DNA of 64,000 nt, taken from an uncultured Chloroflexia bacterium. GTDB lineage: Bacteria; Chloroflexota; Anaerolineae; JAAYZQ01. Both the position numbers and the translations under genes were made by a program. Below are positions 9,857 to 20,244 of this stretch, piece after piece. Position 1 is the stretch's first letter, and each line of letters starts with the position of its first letter. The notes under the pieces are model-generated. The model was given only the letters and a program-made list of their open reading frames with translations. It made no database searches and was not told where the DNA came from. The DNA is taken from contig CAVOXA010000010.1 of assembly GCA_963700285.1 (NCBI GenBank), forward strand, positions 576,001 to 640,000, written 5' to 3'.

Positions 9857-11260
9857 ATGGCACGCGAAAATCCATTTCTGGAGACCGACCAGCGTATCAT
9901 CGGTGACGTGTACACCAGTACCGAGACCATGGACAATCTGGAGATTCTCTGCGACGAGTTTGGCTCGCGCTTTGGCGGTACTGAGGGTGAGCGCCTGTCC
10001 GCCGAGTTCTTTAAGGCCAAGATGGAAGAATACGGCCTGAGCAACGTTCGGCTGGAGCCCGTCGAGTACGTAGGCTGGATCCGGGGCGAGGCCAAGTTGG
10101 AGATTGTGAGTCCCATCCAAAAAGAGATCCCCTGCATCACGCTGCCCCATTCCCCTCCCGTGGAACTGGAGGGCACGATTGTCGACATGGGCGATGGTGC
10201 GCCAGAGGACTTTGATCAGCGGGCAGAAGAGATCGAGGGCAACATCGTTCTGACTACCAGCGTCGTCAACCCCAAGGGGGGCAGTCGCTGGATCCATCGC
10301 GGCGAGAAGTATGGGCGCAGCGTGCTGGCCGGGGCCAGCGGCTTTATCTTTGTCAACCACTACCCTGGCTTTGGCCCGGCTACCGGCGGCATCGGCCACG
10401 ACGGCGAGGGGCTCATTCCCGGCATCTCGGTCTGCTACGAGGACGGGGCCTTTATCCGGCGGCTGGCCAAGCGCTGGGGCGAGGTCAAGATCCGGCTGAC
10501 CACGACCGACCGTTGCGAGCCCATGATCTCCTGGAACATCGTCGGCGATCTTCCCGGCTCGCTGTATCCGGAGCAGGTCGTCATGTTGGGCTGCCACTAT
10601 GATGGCCATGACATCTCCCAGGGGGCAGGGGATCCCGCATCGGGTGCTGTGGCCGTTCTGGAGGCGGCTCGCGTACTGGCCAAGTACACCCCCGACCTGC
10701 CGCGCACGGTGCGTTTTGTCCAATGGGGTGTAGAGGAGATTGGTTTGTTGGGCTCCCGAGAGTACGCCAGGGTCCACGCCGATGAGCTGTCTGAGATTCG
10801 CTTCTACTTGAACATGGACGCTGCTGGCAGCAAGACCAACAATCGGGACATCATTGTCAACGAATGGCCTGATCTTGAGGACACATTCCAGGCCTGGAGC
10901 GAGGAGATGGCACTGGGCTTTGCTGTTGGCCAATCAGTCAACGCTCACTCAGACCATTTCCCCTTCTTCATGGCTGGCGTGCCCACGGGCGGCATCCAAT
11001 CGGTCGAGGGGATGTCGGGTGGACGGGGCTACGGCCACACGGCATACGACACGGTGGACAAGGTCGACATGCGAGGTCTACGTGAAGCGTCGACGCTGGC
11101 GGCCAGAGTGGCGCTGCGGGTCGCCAGCGACGAGGCCTGGCCGGTGAGCCGCCGGACCGAGGAAGACGTCCTGGAGCTGCTGGACAGCCCCGACCAGCGG
11201 GATGAAAAAAAGTATCGAGATCGCCTCGACGCCTACTATGTAGAGGTGCGGCAGCAATAG
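9857..11260 (+). CDS. M28 family metallopeptidase with PA domain
   Basis: GCHYDGHD, GAGDPASG, GVEEIGLLGS, LNMD, SDHFPF and GHTAYDTVDK Zn-ligand motifs; no signal peptide. Confidence 0.9.
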   Translation: MARENPFLETDQRIIGDVYTSTETMDNLEILCDEFGSRFGGTEGERLSAEFFKAKMEEYGLSNVRLEPVEYVGWIRGEAKLEIVSPIQKEIPCITLPHSPPVELEGTIVDMGDGAPEDFDQRAEEIEGNIVLTTSVVNPKGGSRWIHRGEKYGRSVLAGASGFIFVNHYPGFGPATGGIGHDGEGLIPGISVCYEDGAFIRRLAKRWGEVKIRLTTTDRCEPMISWNIVGDLPGSLYPEQVVMLGCHYDGHDISQGAGDPASGAVAVLEAARVLAKYTPDLPRTVRFVQWGVEEIGLLGSREYARVHADELSEIRFYLNMDAAGSKTNNRDIIVNEWPDLEDTFQAWSEEMALGFAVGQSVNAHSDHFPFFMAGVPTGGIQSVEGMSGGRGYGHTAYDTVDKVDMRGLREASTLAARVALRVASDEAWPVSRRTEEDVLELLDSPDQRDEKKYRDRLDAYYVEVRQQ

Positions 11261-11306
11261 CGGGACGCATCCCATCCACCGCGTGAGCTGACTCGGGGTA
11301 AGCACT

Positions 11307-12497
11307 GTGACTGACAGAGAAGAGTACCAGCGATTATTGGTTGGACCTATTGAACGGTTCGACCAGCGGAATGATATGTTCCGGCGCACACGCTACGACC
11401 CGGAGTGGGTGAAGCGGGCCGGGGAGTTCTATGGCCCCATGCGGCCGCGCGACAAGGCCGGCTACCGGCTGGAGGAGCAAGCGCTGGCCGATGCGGCCTG
11501 GCACGTCGAGGATCAGTGTGCTCACGGCTGCCAGGGTTCGGGCCACCCGGGTCTGTATGCGTGGGAGGTTGTACCGGCGGAGCCTCCGCAAGTTCAGACC
11601 CACGAGGGACCCCGTGCCCAGCCCGGCGGAGCCACCAGTACCACACCTGATCTGAAGGTTGATGCATCCGACCCGGAAGAGGTCACAAAGAAGATCAAAC
11701 GCGCAGCCCGCTTCTTTGGGGCATCCCTGGTCGGCGTGTGTGATCTCGACCAGCAGTGGCTCTATTCCCACGTCAGCGACGATACGAACGGAGATCACCT
11801 GCCACTGGAGTTGCCGGAGGGGATCCACTCAGCGGTGGTTATGGCCGTCGAGATGGACTATGACCTGATGCAGACCGCGCCCACCGGCGGCGCGGCAGCG
11901 GCGACTGGGCTGGGCTACTCCAAGATGGCGTTCCTGGCCGGGCTGGTAGCCCAGTTCATCCGCAATCTGGGCTACCAGGCCCTCCCCTGTGGCAACGATA
12001 CGGCGCTCAGCATCCCCCTCGCGGTCGAAGCCGGGCTGGGGGAACTGGGCCGCAACGGACTGCTGATCACGAAGCCGTTTGGTCCTCGGGTGCGGCTGTG
12101 CAAAGTCTTTACCGACTTGCCCCTGGTACCCGACGAGCCCCGTTGCTTTGGCGTGAACGAGTTCTGCCGGATATGCAAAAAGTGCGCCGACGATTGTCCT
12201 TCGCGAGCCATCTCTTTTGGTGATAGAACCACGGAGGCGCTGAACATCTCTACCAACCCGGGAGTGCTCAAATGGCCTGTGAACGCGGAGCAGTGCTTCA
12301 AGTACTGGGCGGCCAACGGCCTGGATTGCTCAACCTGCATCCGGGTCTGTCCCTTTAACCAGGCGGCAGGCTGGCTCCACGATGGGGTACGCCTGGGGAT
12401 CAAGTACACTCCATGGCTGGACAGGTTGTTTCTTTGGTTCGATGGGATGCTGGGCTACGGCAAGCAGCGCGACCCCGAGGCGATCTGGGGCGGCTAG
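11307..12497 (+). CDS. rdhA: Reductive dehalogenase-family cobalamin/2x[4Fe-4S] protein lacking a Tat signal
   Basis: IKRAARFFGASLVGVC, GYSKM...FIRNLGYQA, PLAVEAGLGELGRNGLLIT..FGPRVRL..VFTDLPL, FCRICKKCADDCP and CSTCIRVCP. Confidence 0.82.
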   Translation: MTDREEYQRLLVGPIERFDQRNDMFRRTRYDPEWVKRAGEFYGPMRPRDKAGYRLEEQALADAAWHVEDQCAHGCQGSGHPGLYAWEVVPAEPPQVQTHEGPRAQPGGATSTTPDLKVDASDPEEVTKKIKRAARFFGASLVGVCDLDQQWLYSHVSDDTNGDHLPLELPEGIHSAVVMAVEMDYDLMQTAPTGGAAAATGLGYSKMAFLAGLVAQFIRNLGYQALPCGNDTALSIPLAVEAGLGELGRNGLLITKPFGPRVRLCKVFTDLPLVPDEPRCFGVNEFCRICKKCADDCPSRAISFGDRTTEALNISTNPGVLKWPVNAEQCFKYWAANGLDCSTCIRVCPFNQAAGWLHDGVRLGIKYTPWLDRLFLWFDGMLGYGKQRDPEAIWGG

Positions 12498-12517
12498 TAG
12501 AAACTGAAGGGGATCCA

Positions 12518-12552
12518 GGCTGGTCCGATCTCGAGATTGGACCAGCCTTTCT
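12518..12552 (+). terminator. Intrinsic terminator after the rdhA-like gene
   Basis: Hairpin GGCTGGTCCGATCTCGAGATTGGACCAGCC followed by TTTCT. Confidence 0.65.
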
Positions 12553-12586
12553 CAATCCAGCACGATTGGCGGAGGAATTGTGTTCC

Positions 12587-12868
12587 ATGGCAGATATCCA
12601 GGTTGCACAGTCGGATCGTGAGGACGGCTACGAGTTTCAGGTGACCGTCAAGGACCGTCGTAGCGAGACCCACCACCGTGTGACCTTGCGCGAGGCTGAC
12701 TACCAACGCCTGGCTGGCGGCGAGGCCAGCCCTGGGGAACTGGTGACAGAGTCCTTCCGCTTCCTTTTGGAGCGCGAGCCCAAGGAGTCGATCCTGCGCT
12801 CCTTTGATCTGACCCTGATCGGCCGCTACTTTCCAGACTACGAGCGCCTCATCCAAAAACGAGTGTAG
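12587..12868 (+). CDS. Small conserved hypothetical protein
   Basis: GGAGG upstream of ATG 12587; motif SFRFLLEREPKESILRSFDL..I.RYFP.YE. Confidence 0.75.
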   Translation: MADIQVAQSDREDGYEFQVTVKDRRSETHHRVTLREADYQRLAGGEASPGELVTESFRFLLEREPKESILRSFDLTLIGRYFPDYERLIQKRV

Positions 12869-12939
12869 CACGGTGCCTTTCCGGCTTCCACGACCAGGTC
12901 CTGGGTCTAGTTCTTCTTCCTGCCCACAAGTCCGAACGC

Positions 12940-13401
12940 ATGCAGACGATCCAACTCCGACCATACGGCCCAAAGGATCTTGAGCCACTTGTCGCCATGT
13001 GGCACGCTAGCAAGCGACAAGCCTTTCGCTATGTTGAGGCCCAGCAGCGCCACACGCTGGAGGATGATCGGGACTACTTTCAGAGGATGGTTCTGCCTGG
13101 AGGGGACGTGTGGGTTGCGCAAGGAGAGCACGGTCTGCTGGGCTTTATGGCTCTGCAATCCGACCTGATCGATCTGCTCTTCGTTGCCGTGCAGGTTCAG
13201 GGTCAGGGTGTTGGAACCGTACTGGTGAACAAGGCGAAGGCGCAGTCGCCCTACGGGTTGCGTGCCTACACTTTCCAGAGGAACAAGGTTGCCCGAGCCT
13301 TCTTCAAAAAACAGAGTTTTACAGAGATCGGATTTGGCGTGAGTCCCCCACCCGAGGAGGAACCGGACGTTGAACTCGTGTGGGTGCCGGGCATGGCTTG
13401 A
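12940..13401 (+). CDS. GNAT family N-acetyltransferase
   Basis: LFV...QGQGVGT (QxxGxG) and N..ARAFF.K..F. Confidence 0.85.
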   Translation: MQTIQLRPYGPKDLEPLVAMWHASKRQAFRYVEAQQRHTLEDDRDYFQRMVLPGGDVWVAQGEHGLLGFMALQSDLIDLLFVAVQVQGQGVGTVLVNKAKAQSPYGLRAYTFQRNKVARAFFKKQSFTEIGFGVSPPPEEEPDVELVWVPGMA

Positions 13402-13455
13402 ACATGATCGTCGAGCTATTCGATAGCATCTTGGTTTCGTATCAGGAGGAGTACA

Positions 13456-13716
13456 ATGGTCGCCTATCTTGAGCACGCGAATATCACGGTACCAGATATC
13501 GATGCAGCAATTGCCTTCCTTCAGGTAGTAGAGCCAGCTTTGACCGTGCGTCACGATGCAACGCCAGAAGGCAGCTATCGGTGGGCTCACGTCGGAGCAG
13601 GCAATTGCTACATCGCATTGCAGGAGCCCCAGCTTGACTCCAGCCCCAACGATTGTCACCGGCCATACAAAGACCATGGTGTGAATCACAAGAGAGGTGT
13701 CTACAGTGCTAGATGA
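13456..13716 (+). pseudogene. VOC/glyoxalase family protein, C-terminally truncated
   Basis: LEHANITVPDIDAAIAFL...WAHVG...YIALQE...GVNH, after which similarity stops abruptly at the RBS of the next gene. Confidence 0.65.
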
Positions 13717-14549
13717 ACTCATCCAGGACCTGAACGCGGTCCTGCCCTATGCGCCGCTGCTATTTGGATTGGCCTTGCTCATCTCGTCCAGTAGGCTTTT
13801 ATCGTGTGGTGTACTTTATCAGCATCGGCTACGCCTTCTCCATCGTGGCCATGGCCTTGGCCACTGCAGTCATGCTGCGTCAGAATCTCACCTGGGCCTC
13901 CGTATTGCAGAATCTCCTCCTAATAGTCTGGGGGCTTCGGCTGGGCCTATACCTGGTTCGACGTGAATCCCGGTCTTCCTATCGCAGAGAATTGGAGGAT
14001 ACGCACGAGCGCAGCGCCGGGATGAGCTGGTTGCAGAAGGCCCTGATTTGGGTCAGCGTTTCGGCTCTGTATGTCCTGATGTTCTCTCCCAGCTTGTTCA
14101 GTCTCACCGCCACTTCTCGCGCTCCGGGCGCGCTGACCATGGCGGTTCAATCTCTCGGTTTGCTGCTGATGGGCGGCGGCCTGCTCCTGGAAGCTGTGGC
14201 GGATAAACAAAAGTCTGACTTTAAGGCCCACACCCCAGGTCGATTCTGCGACGTGGGTCTGTACCGGTGGGCAAGATGCCCCAACTACCTGGGCGAGATC
14301 ACTTTTTGGATCGGCAATTGGGTAGTGGGCCTGCTGTTCTACACTTCTCTGCTGGGATGGATCGCCAGCTCCATCGGGCTTGTTTGCATTGTGTTGATCA
14401 TGATAGGCTCTACAAAACGGCTGGAAAGTTCTCAGGGCGCGCGATATGGCCATCTGCCCGAGTATCAGGAGTATATTCGGTCAGTACCAGTGCTTTTCCC
14501 TTTTGTTCCCATCTACACGTTAAAGAACGTCCGTGTCTTTCTAGAGTAG
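13697..14549 (+). CDS. DUF1295 (steroid 5-alpha-reductase-like) membrane protein; one apparent extra base near 13790
   Basis: VGFYRVVYFISIGYAFS, WGLRLG..L..RE, EAVADKQKSDFK and GLYRWARCPNYLGEI; the N-terminus lies in a different frame. Confidence 0.8.
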
Positions 14550-14664
14550 GACACAGTAGAGCAGTGAGGAGAATGGCATGTTCAGTTTCGTGATTGTTCT
14601 CCTGCTGGTCGGTATATGATTTGATCGGTGAGAGGTACCGGTAAGGAAGAAAGGAGACGGGCCA

Positions 14665-16002
14665 ATGGAAGAAAGGCTCTCGGTCAAGACCAAACTGTTC
14701 TACGGCGTGGGCGATGTGGGCAACGCCATGGTCAACTCGGCCATCTTGTTCTTCCTACTGGTTTTTTTCACGGATGGAGTGCTCATTGCGCCAGCCCTGG
14801 CCGGGAGCGCGTTGCTGGTGGGCAAGATCTATGATGCCGTCAACGATCCGATCTTTGGTTGGATCTCGGACCGGACGACGTCGCGTTTTGGCAAGCGCCG
14901 GGTATACATGATCTTTGGCGCGCTGCCCCTTGCCCTCTCCATAGCATTGTTGTGGCGCATGCCATCAGGTCTGTCGGAGGTGGCCGTCTTTGCCTGGATC
15001 GTCGCCACTTTTGTCTTCTACGATACCATGAATACGGTCACCAGCGTGCCCTACTATGCGCTCACAGCCGAGCTGACCGACGACTATGACGAACGTGCTG
15101 GACTGACAGCCTATCGTATGATCCTGGGGGTGCCGGCCTACCTGGTTGGTGCGGCCTTGACCCCTGTCATCGTCGGCTTGTTCGCTACCAAGCGGACGGG
15201 CTATGAGGCCGTAGGCCTGATCTATGGCGCTGTCGCGGCGGCAGTGCTGTGGATCTCTGCCTCAGGCATCCGGGAGCGCAAGGAGATTAGCCAGAGCAAG
15301 TCAGAGACGCCGCCGCTGCGAGCCTTTACTACCACTTTCCGCAACCGGCCCTTTGTCCAGTTGATCGCGGCCTACCTCATCGCCGCCATTGCCTTCGCCC
15401 TGACCCAGACTCTGATGGCCTACTATGTCACCTATCAACTGCGGATGGAGGGCCAGGTCCCGCTGGTGATGGGTTTGCTGCTGATTACCGTCGGCCTGTT
15501 TCTATTTCCTTGGAAGTGGCTGGCGCAGCGCTGGAACAAAGGGCCAGCCTATGCCTTGGGACTGACCATTGCCGGCCTGGCCGTAGCAGCCACGTTCTTT
15601 CTCCCACCCCGGCCGACGCCCCTGATCTACCTCATCGCCTTCGTCGCCGGCATCGGCTTTTCGGCGCAGTGGGTCTTTCCCTGGGCCATGGTTCCCGATG
15701 TAGTGGAATACGACCGCCTGGAGACCGGTGAGCATCGAGGCGGAATGTACTATGGGGTGTGGGGTTTTACCTCCAAGTTGACCGGGGCCCTTGGCGTCGC
15801 CCTGACGGGCTGGATCCTGCAGCTCTCTGGCTACGCGCCCAACATGGAGCAGACCGCCCAGGCTCTGTTGGGCATCCGGCTCTTCTTTGGACCGGCTCCG
15901 TTGGTGATCTTGCTGGTGGCCTTGCCATTGCTCTTCCGTTACCCTATCACCCGCCAGAGTCACGCTGATCTGCTGCAAAAGCTGGATGCGATGGATGCGT
16001 AA
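14665..16002 (+). CDS. Glycoside-pentoside-hexuronide (MelB-like) MFS cation symporter
   Basis: YGVGDVG, DAVNDPIFGWISDRTTSRFGKRR, VPYYALTAELT.DYDER and MVPDVVEYD. Confidence 0.92.
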   Translation: MEERLSVKTKLFYGVGDVGNAMVNSAILFFLLVFFTDGVLIAPALAGSALLVGKIYDAVNDPIFGWISDRTTSRFGKRRVYMIFGALPLALSIALLWRMPSGLSEVAVFAWIVATFVFYDTMNTVTSVPYYALTAELTDDYDERAGLTAYRMILGVPAYLVGAALTPVIVGLFATKRTGYEAVGLIYGAVAAAVLWISASGIRERKEISQSKSETPPLRAFTTTFRNRPFVQLIAAYLIAAIAFALTQTLMAYYVTYQLRMEGQVPLVMGLLLITVGLFLFPWKWLAQRWNKGPAYALGLTIAGLAVAATFFLPPRPTPLIYLIAFVAGIGFSAQWVFPWAMVPDVVEYDRLETGEHRGGMYYGVWGFTSKLTGALGVALTGWILQLSGYAPNMEQTAQALLGIRLFFGPAPLVILLVALPLLFRYPITRQSHADLLQKLDAMDA

Positions 16003-16015
16003 GCAGACCGTTCAG

Positions 16016-16486
16016 ATGACATCCGTCATCCGCTCAGACTTTGACCGGATTGCACTGCTCCAAGATGAAGGCTGGGACCACAACAGCCACTACCATGGCT
16101 TTCTCCTGAGGCAGCTACCAGCGTATTGTGATTATGCGCTGGACATAGGCTGTGGCACAGGCTCCTTTTCGCGCCTCCTGGCAGATCGCTCGGATCGAGT
16201 GCTTGCCCTGGACCTGTCGTCGCAGATGATCGGTGTTGCCAGGAAGCGCTCCCGTGGGTACATCAATATCGAGTACCGCGTTGCCGATGCCGCGGTGTGG
16301 GAGCCTTTTGAGGGGCAGTTCGACTGTATTGCCTCCATCGCTACGATGCATCACCTACCCATGGAGGGAATGCTGGCCAAGATGCGGAGAGTGTTGAAGG
16401 CGAATGGCAGGGCGGTATTCGCTTGTGTGGAAGAAGAAGCCTTATTCGAGATAGCAGTCAGGGACAGATGTGGGAAATGGACATAG
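16016..16486 (+). pseudogene. Class I SAM-dependent methyltransferase, probably truncated at the C-terminus
   Basis: WDHNSHYH, ALDIGCGTG, DLSSQMI and FDCIASIATMHH; similarity fades after LKANG. Confidence 0.65.
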
Positions 16487-17298
16487 TGGAAGTCAAGACA
16501 ACATACCGATCGCCGAATCAGGGCGAGTATCCTGAGCTGGCCGGTTATTCACAGGAGCAGATCTACGATGGCTGCATGGGGGGTGGCGCTCTGTACCTTG
16601 CCGCCCAGATGGCCCGAACCATGGATCTGAAGGAAGGGGACATCGTCCTGGATCTGGGCTGTGGCCCGGGGACGACTTCTATCTTCCTGGCAGAAGAGTT
16701 TGGTGTTCGAGTGGTGGCGGTTGACCTCTGGACCTCGGCCACATCCCTGGCTGCCAGATTCTTCAAGTGGGGATGCAGGGATCAGATTCTGCCCCTGAAC
16801 CTGGATGTGACGGACCGCCTGCCCTTTGCTGACGCCTACTTTGACGCTATCTTTTGTATGAACTCACTGAGCTTCTACGGTGGGAGTGTAGAGTTCCTGC
16901 ACCATCTGCTCAAGCACGTCAAGAGAGACGGGCAGATCTGCGTGGGCATGGAGACTTTTAGCCAAGAGTTCTCTCCAGAAGCCTTTAGCAGCCCTCCGCC
17001 GGTATTCAACTATCACCTGCCCCCGCCCCACGAGACCGTAAACGTATGGGAGGACGACTTTTCCAAGATGCATTCTCCCCCCTGGTGGAAGAAGCTCTTT
17101 GAGAGATCAGGCATCTTGGAGGTCGAGCACTGTCGTGAATTGGAGGATGCCACCATCCTCTACGAAGACTTGGTCCTGTATCAGATTGAACATGATCTGG
17201 ATCCCGAGGACGTCAAAAGATCGATTGCCCAGTTGGAGTATGGGCGGGAAAACATGCCTTACAAGACCCTGTTTGTCCTCACAGCCCAAAAGCTGTAG
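16477..17298 (+). CDS. Class I SAM-dependent methyltransferase
   Basis: VLDLGCGPGTTSIFLAEEFG, AVDLW, LPFADAYFDAI and HS..WW..L. Confidence 0.85.
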   Translation: MDIVEVKTTYRSPNQGEYPELAGYSQEQIYDGCMGGGALYLAAQMARTMDLKEGDIVLDLGCGPGTTSIFLAEEFGVRVVAVDLWTSATSLAARFFKWGCRDQILPLNLDVTDRLPFADAYFDAIFCMNSLSFYGGSVEFLHHLLKHVKRDGQICVGMETFSQEFSPEAFSSPPPVFNYHLPPPHETVNVWEDDFSKMHSPPWWKKLFERSGILEVEHCRELEDATILYEDLVLYQIEHDLDPEDVKRSIAQLEYGRENMPYKTLFVLTAQKL

Positions 17299-17307
17299 CG
17301 GCCAAGA

Positions 17308-17910
17308 TTGAGATTGAGGGAGGTGGAGGTGCTGACACTAGAAGAAGTAGCCCGGCGGCTGGATAGGGCTGGCATCAAGTGGGCCGTCTTTGCCGGAGTG
17401 GCGGCGGCCGCATATGGGGCGACACGGCCTCTGACGGACGTGGATATCCTGCTGCCGGCCGCCGAGAGGGAGCGGGCGGTAGTGCTATTCCCCGAGGCAA
17501 CGGTGGTGAACTATGAAGGCGGCTCCCATGCCCAATTGCTGCTGCCCGGCATTGACATCCTGGCCGGGCTGGCCCTGATGGACCTGGACGACGAGATGGC
17601 CAAGCGGTTGACGCGCCACGAGATCGCTGGCATCACCGTGCCCGTCATCCCGCCCGAGGACAACATCCTGCTCAAGGCGATGTGGGGCCGGGGTGCTGAG
17701 GAGGGCAAGCATGACTGGGAGGATGTGGAGGCCATGATGGCCCACCTGGAGACGATTGACTGGGAGTACCTGCATTGGCGGGCGGCTGGCCTATCCCCCA
17801 GGGCGCTGGTGGAACAGGCCCTGCAACGGCTGGACCGGCTCTGGGAGAAAAAAGCTGACACCGGACAGAGGCAAATAGCAGGATCGGAGGAAATCGATGG
17901 CCAGAATTGA
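17308..17910 (+). CDS. Nucleotidyltransferase-family protein
   Basis: WAVFAGVAAAAYGATRPLTDVDIL and VIPPEDNILLKA...KHDWED. Confidence 0.72.
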   Translation: MRLREVEVLTLEEVARRLDRAGIKWAVFAGVAAAAYGATRPLTDVDILLPAAERERAVVLFPEATVVNYEGGSHAQLLLPGIDILAGLALMDLDDEMAKRLTRHEIAGITVPVIPPEDNILLKAMWGRGAEEGKHDWEDVEAMMAHLETIDWEYLHWRAAGLSPRALVEQALQRLDRLWEKKADTGQRQIAGSEEIDGQN

Positions 17911-18880
17911 TGGTTTTGGAGAGACCCAAGACGTAGAGATCACCGTACTGGTCGACAACCGGGCAGACCTGCTGGTCAAGTCGACAGAGACAGTGAAGCG
18001 CTTCACCGAGGAACCTTTGCTTGCCGAACATGGCTTTGCGGCGCTGGTTGATCTCAAGGATGCCGGCCTCCGGATCCTCTGGGATGCCGGCATGACCGAT
18101 GTAGCGCTGCTGGAGAATGCCCGCCGACTCAAGATCGATCTGGGCTCGGTGGACAAGATCGCTTTGAGCCACGGGCACGGGGACCACTATGCGGCCATGA
18201 CCAAGGTGATCTCGGCGAGCGCCCAGTCGCCAAGCCCGCGGGAGTGGGCCAGGGATGCCTCCGTGGAGGAGATTCGTGTCTATGTCAACGGCCGCCGGAC
18301 GCCGGTCATTGTTCACCCCGCCGCCTTCCGGGAGCGCTGGGGGATCGACAAAGATGGCAAGAAACATGGACCCAACCTCATGCCTCGCGACGAGTGGGAA
18401 GCCGCTGGGGCGGACATTGTTCTTGCGGACGGTCCTTACCAGTTGGGCCCCGGCTGCTGGACCACAGGCAGTGTACCACGCTTGAGCTTTGAGAAGGCCG
18501 GTATCTCTCCCCGGATGGCCTACTGGCAGGGAGGCGCCTTCGTCCGCGATCATTTGGAAGACGATCAGTCCATTGTCATGAACCTGAAGGACAAGGGCCT
18601 GATCGTCCTTACTGGCTGTGCTCACTCGGGCGTTGTCAACACTGTCAACTATGCCAAAGAGATCAGTGGTGTGGACAGGGTGTGGGCGATCCTTGGAGGG
18701 TTCCACCTCGCTCCGGCGGAGGATGAGGACATCCAACGAACGATTGACGAGATCCAAAAGCTGGCGCCAGCGCTGATCGCTCCTACCCATTGCAGCGGCT
18801 TCAAGGCCATCAGTCAGTTTGCTGGCCGGATGCCGGACGCCTTTGTGGAAGGGGTTGTAGGGACGACCTACCTGTTCTGA
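17897..18880 (+). CDS. MBL-fold metallo-hydrolase
   Basis: AEHGFA, LSHGHGDH, DDQS, TGCAHSG, GGFHL and PTHCSG. Confidence 0.88.
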   Translation: MARIDGFGETQDVEITVLVDNRADLLVKSTETVKRFTEEPLLAEHGFAALVDLKDAGLRILWDAGMTDVALLENARRLKIDLGSVDKIALSHGHGDHYAAMTKVISASAQSPSPREWARDASVEEIRVYVNGRRTPVIVHPAAFRERWGIDKDGKKHGPNLMPRDEWEAAGADIVLADGPYQLGPGCWTTGSVPRLSFEKAGISPRMAYWQGGAFVRDHLEDDQSIVMNLKDKGLIVLTGCAHSGVVNTVNYAKEISGVDRVWAILGGFHLAPAEDEDIQRTIDEIQKLAPALIAPTHCSGFKAISQFAGRMPDAFVEGVVGTTYLF

Positions 18881-18889
18881 GGGCAGGCG

Positions 18890-20059
18890 ATGACATATAC
18901 CATTCTCACAACGTGCCCCAACTATGGCAGTCGCAATGTGGGCGACAAGCTGATCGAACAGCGGACCAGGGAACTCGTTATTTGCGAGAAAGGACCTGTG
19001 CAGTTTCTCACCATCTTTCGTGAGGAGCCACTGGACGATCGACTGACAGAGATCAACGCTTCACGTGCTTTGCTAATGCCGGCCTTCCCCATCCGTGATA
19101 CACCGATGTACCCCGGAACCTACCGCCTTGTCGATGATCTGAGCGGTATCCGGGTACCCATGATTCCCATCGGCGCCAATTGGAACGTCTACCCGGGCGA
19201 TGCCCAGAGCCGGCGTGATGTCCGCTACTCCGAGCAGACGGTTGCTTTCCTGCACTACATCGCCGACCAGGTGGATCGGATCTCCTGCCGCGAGCATCTG
19301 GTCCGCCGGGTACTGCGGAAGCATGGCATCCATAACACGGTCATGACCGGCGACCCGGCTTTCTTTGATCTGCTCCGCCTGGGAAAGCCAATGGCCCGCC
19401 CCTCCAGCGTGGAACGGCTGGCCTTCAGCCCACCATTGAGCCCCTTCTTTGTGGAACAAGCCGAGTCTGTCATGGAGATGCTGGCCGACCTGTTTCCCAC
19501 CGCGGAGCGGTTCTGTGCCATGCACCTGGCAGACGCGCACACGTCCCCTACTCTGCAGAGCGAAAACAGCGCGGCGATGCGCCCCGAGGTTGCAGAAAAG
19601 AACCGGCGCATCCGCCACAGGGCGGCGCAACTGGGGTTCGGATGCCTCGACCTGGCGGGCAACCTGGAAGCCATGTCCACCTATGATACCTGCGACCTGC
19701 ACGTGGGCTATGAATGCCACGCGCACCTTTACTTCCTCAGCCATCGCCTGCCCAGTGTACTGATCGCCGAGGATGCCCGCGGCGTGGGCTTTAACTACAC
19801 GCTGGGGGCAGGGGGCATCACCGGCTTTGTGCGGGCTCAGAGAGATTCGCGGGAAGTGCGCAAAAAGCATACGTCCGGCTACTGCACGTCGCTCCGCGAG
19901 TTGGCCCTGGCGCCGCCGCGGGCCGATGTACCTGAAGTGGTGAAGGGATTCCTGGAAGAGGAATTGGATACCGCTTTCCGGCGTTTCGTCGGGCTGTCAG
20001 CCTATCTGGATGAACTGTACGAACAGGTGATGCGTCCATTCATCCGATCCCTGCCCTGA
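18890..20059 (+). CDS. Polysaccharide pyruvyl transferase-family protein
   Basis: NVGDKLI, ISCRE, MTGDPA, DLHVGYECHAHL and EDARG. Confidence 0.7.
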   Translation: MTYTILTTCPNYGSRNVGDKLIEQRTRELVICEKGPVQFLTIFREEPLDDRLTEINASRALLMPAFPIRDTPMYPGTYRLVDDLSGIRVPMIPIGANWNVYPGDAQSRRDVRYSEQTVAFLHYIADQVDRISCREHLVRRVLRKHGIHNTVMTGDPAFFDLLRLGKPMARPSSVERLAFSPPLSPFFVEQAESVMEMLADLFPTAERFCAMHLADAHTSPTLQSENSAAMRPEVAEKNRRIRHRAAQLGFGCLDLAGNLEAMSTYDTCDLHVGYECHAHLYFLSHRLPSVLIAEDARGVGFNYTLGAGGITGFVRAQRDSREVRKKHTSGYCTSLRELALAPPRADVPEVVKGFLEEELDTAFRRFVGLSAYLDELYEQVMRPFIRSLP

Positions 20060-20109
20060 TCCTTTATCAATGAACCCAGACTTCGGCCACGATTCGGAGT
20101 GACAGATTG

Positions 20110-20244
20110 GTTAAAGCTGCCGCAGACGAGTTCCTAGACATGCTGACGACGGAAAAACTACAGGCTCATCTAGCGTGGAAAGGCGAACCCTGGCGAGAGA
20201 CCATCGGTACCATGCTGTACCGGAATGTGTACCAATATTCGTAA
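20110..20244 (+). pseudogene. Fragment of a DinB-family-like gene, broken at about 20233
   Basis: Manual translation VKAAADEFLDMLTTEKLQAHLAWKGEPWRETIGTMLYRNVYQYS*. It resembles the segment before the conserved His helix of DinB-like proteins. Confidence 0.45.

Noticed and set aside
11307-12497. Epoxyqueuosine reductase QueG
   Set aside because: The motifs (ARFFGASLVGV, FIRNLGYQA, GLLIT..FGPRVR) fit RdhA-type proteins better; a phylogeny would be decisive.
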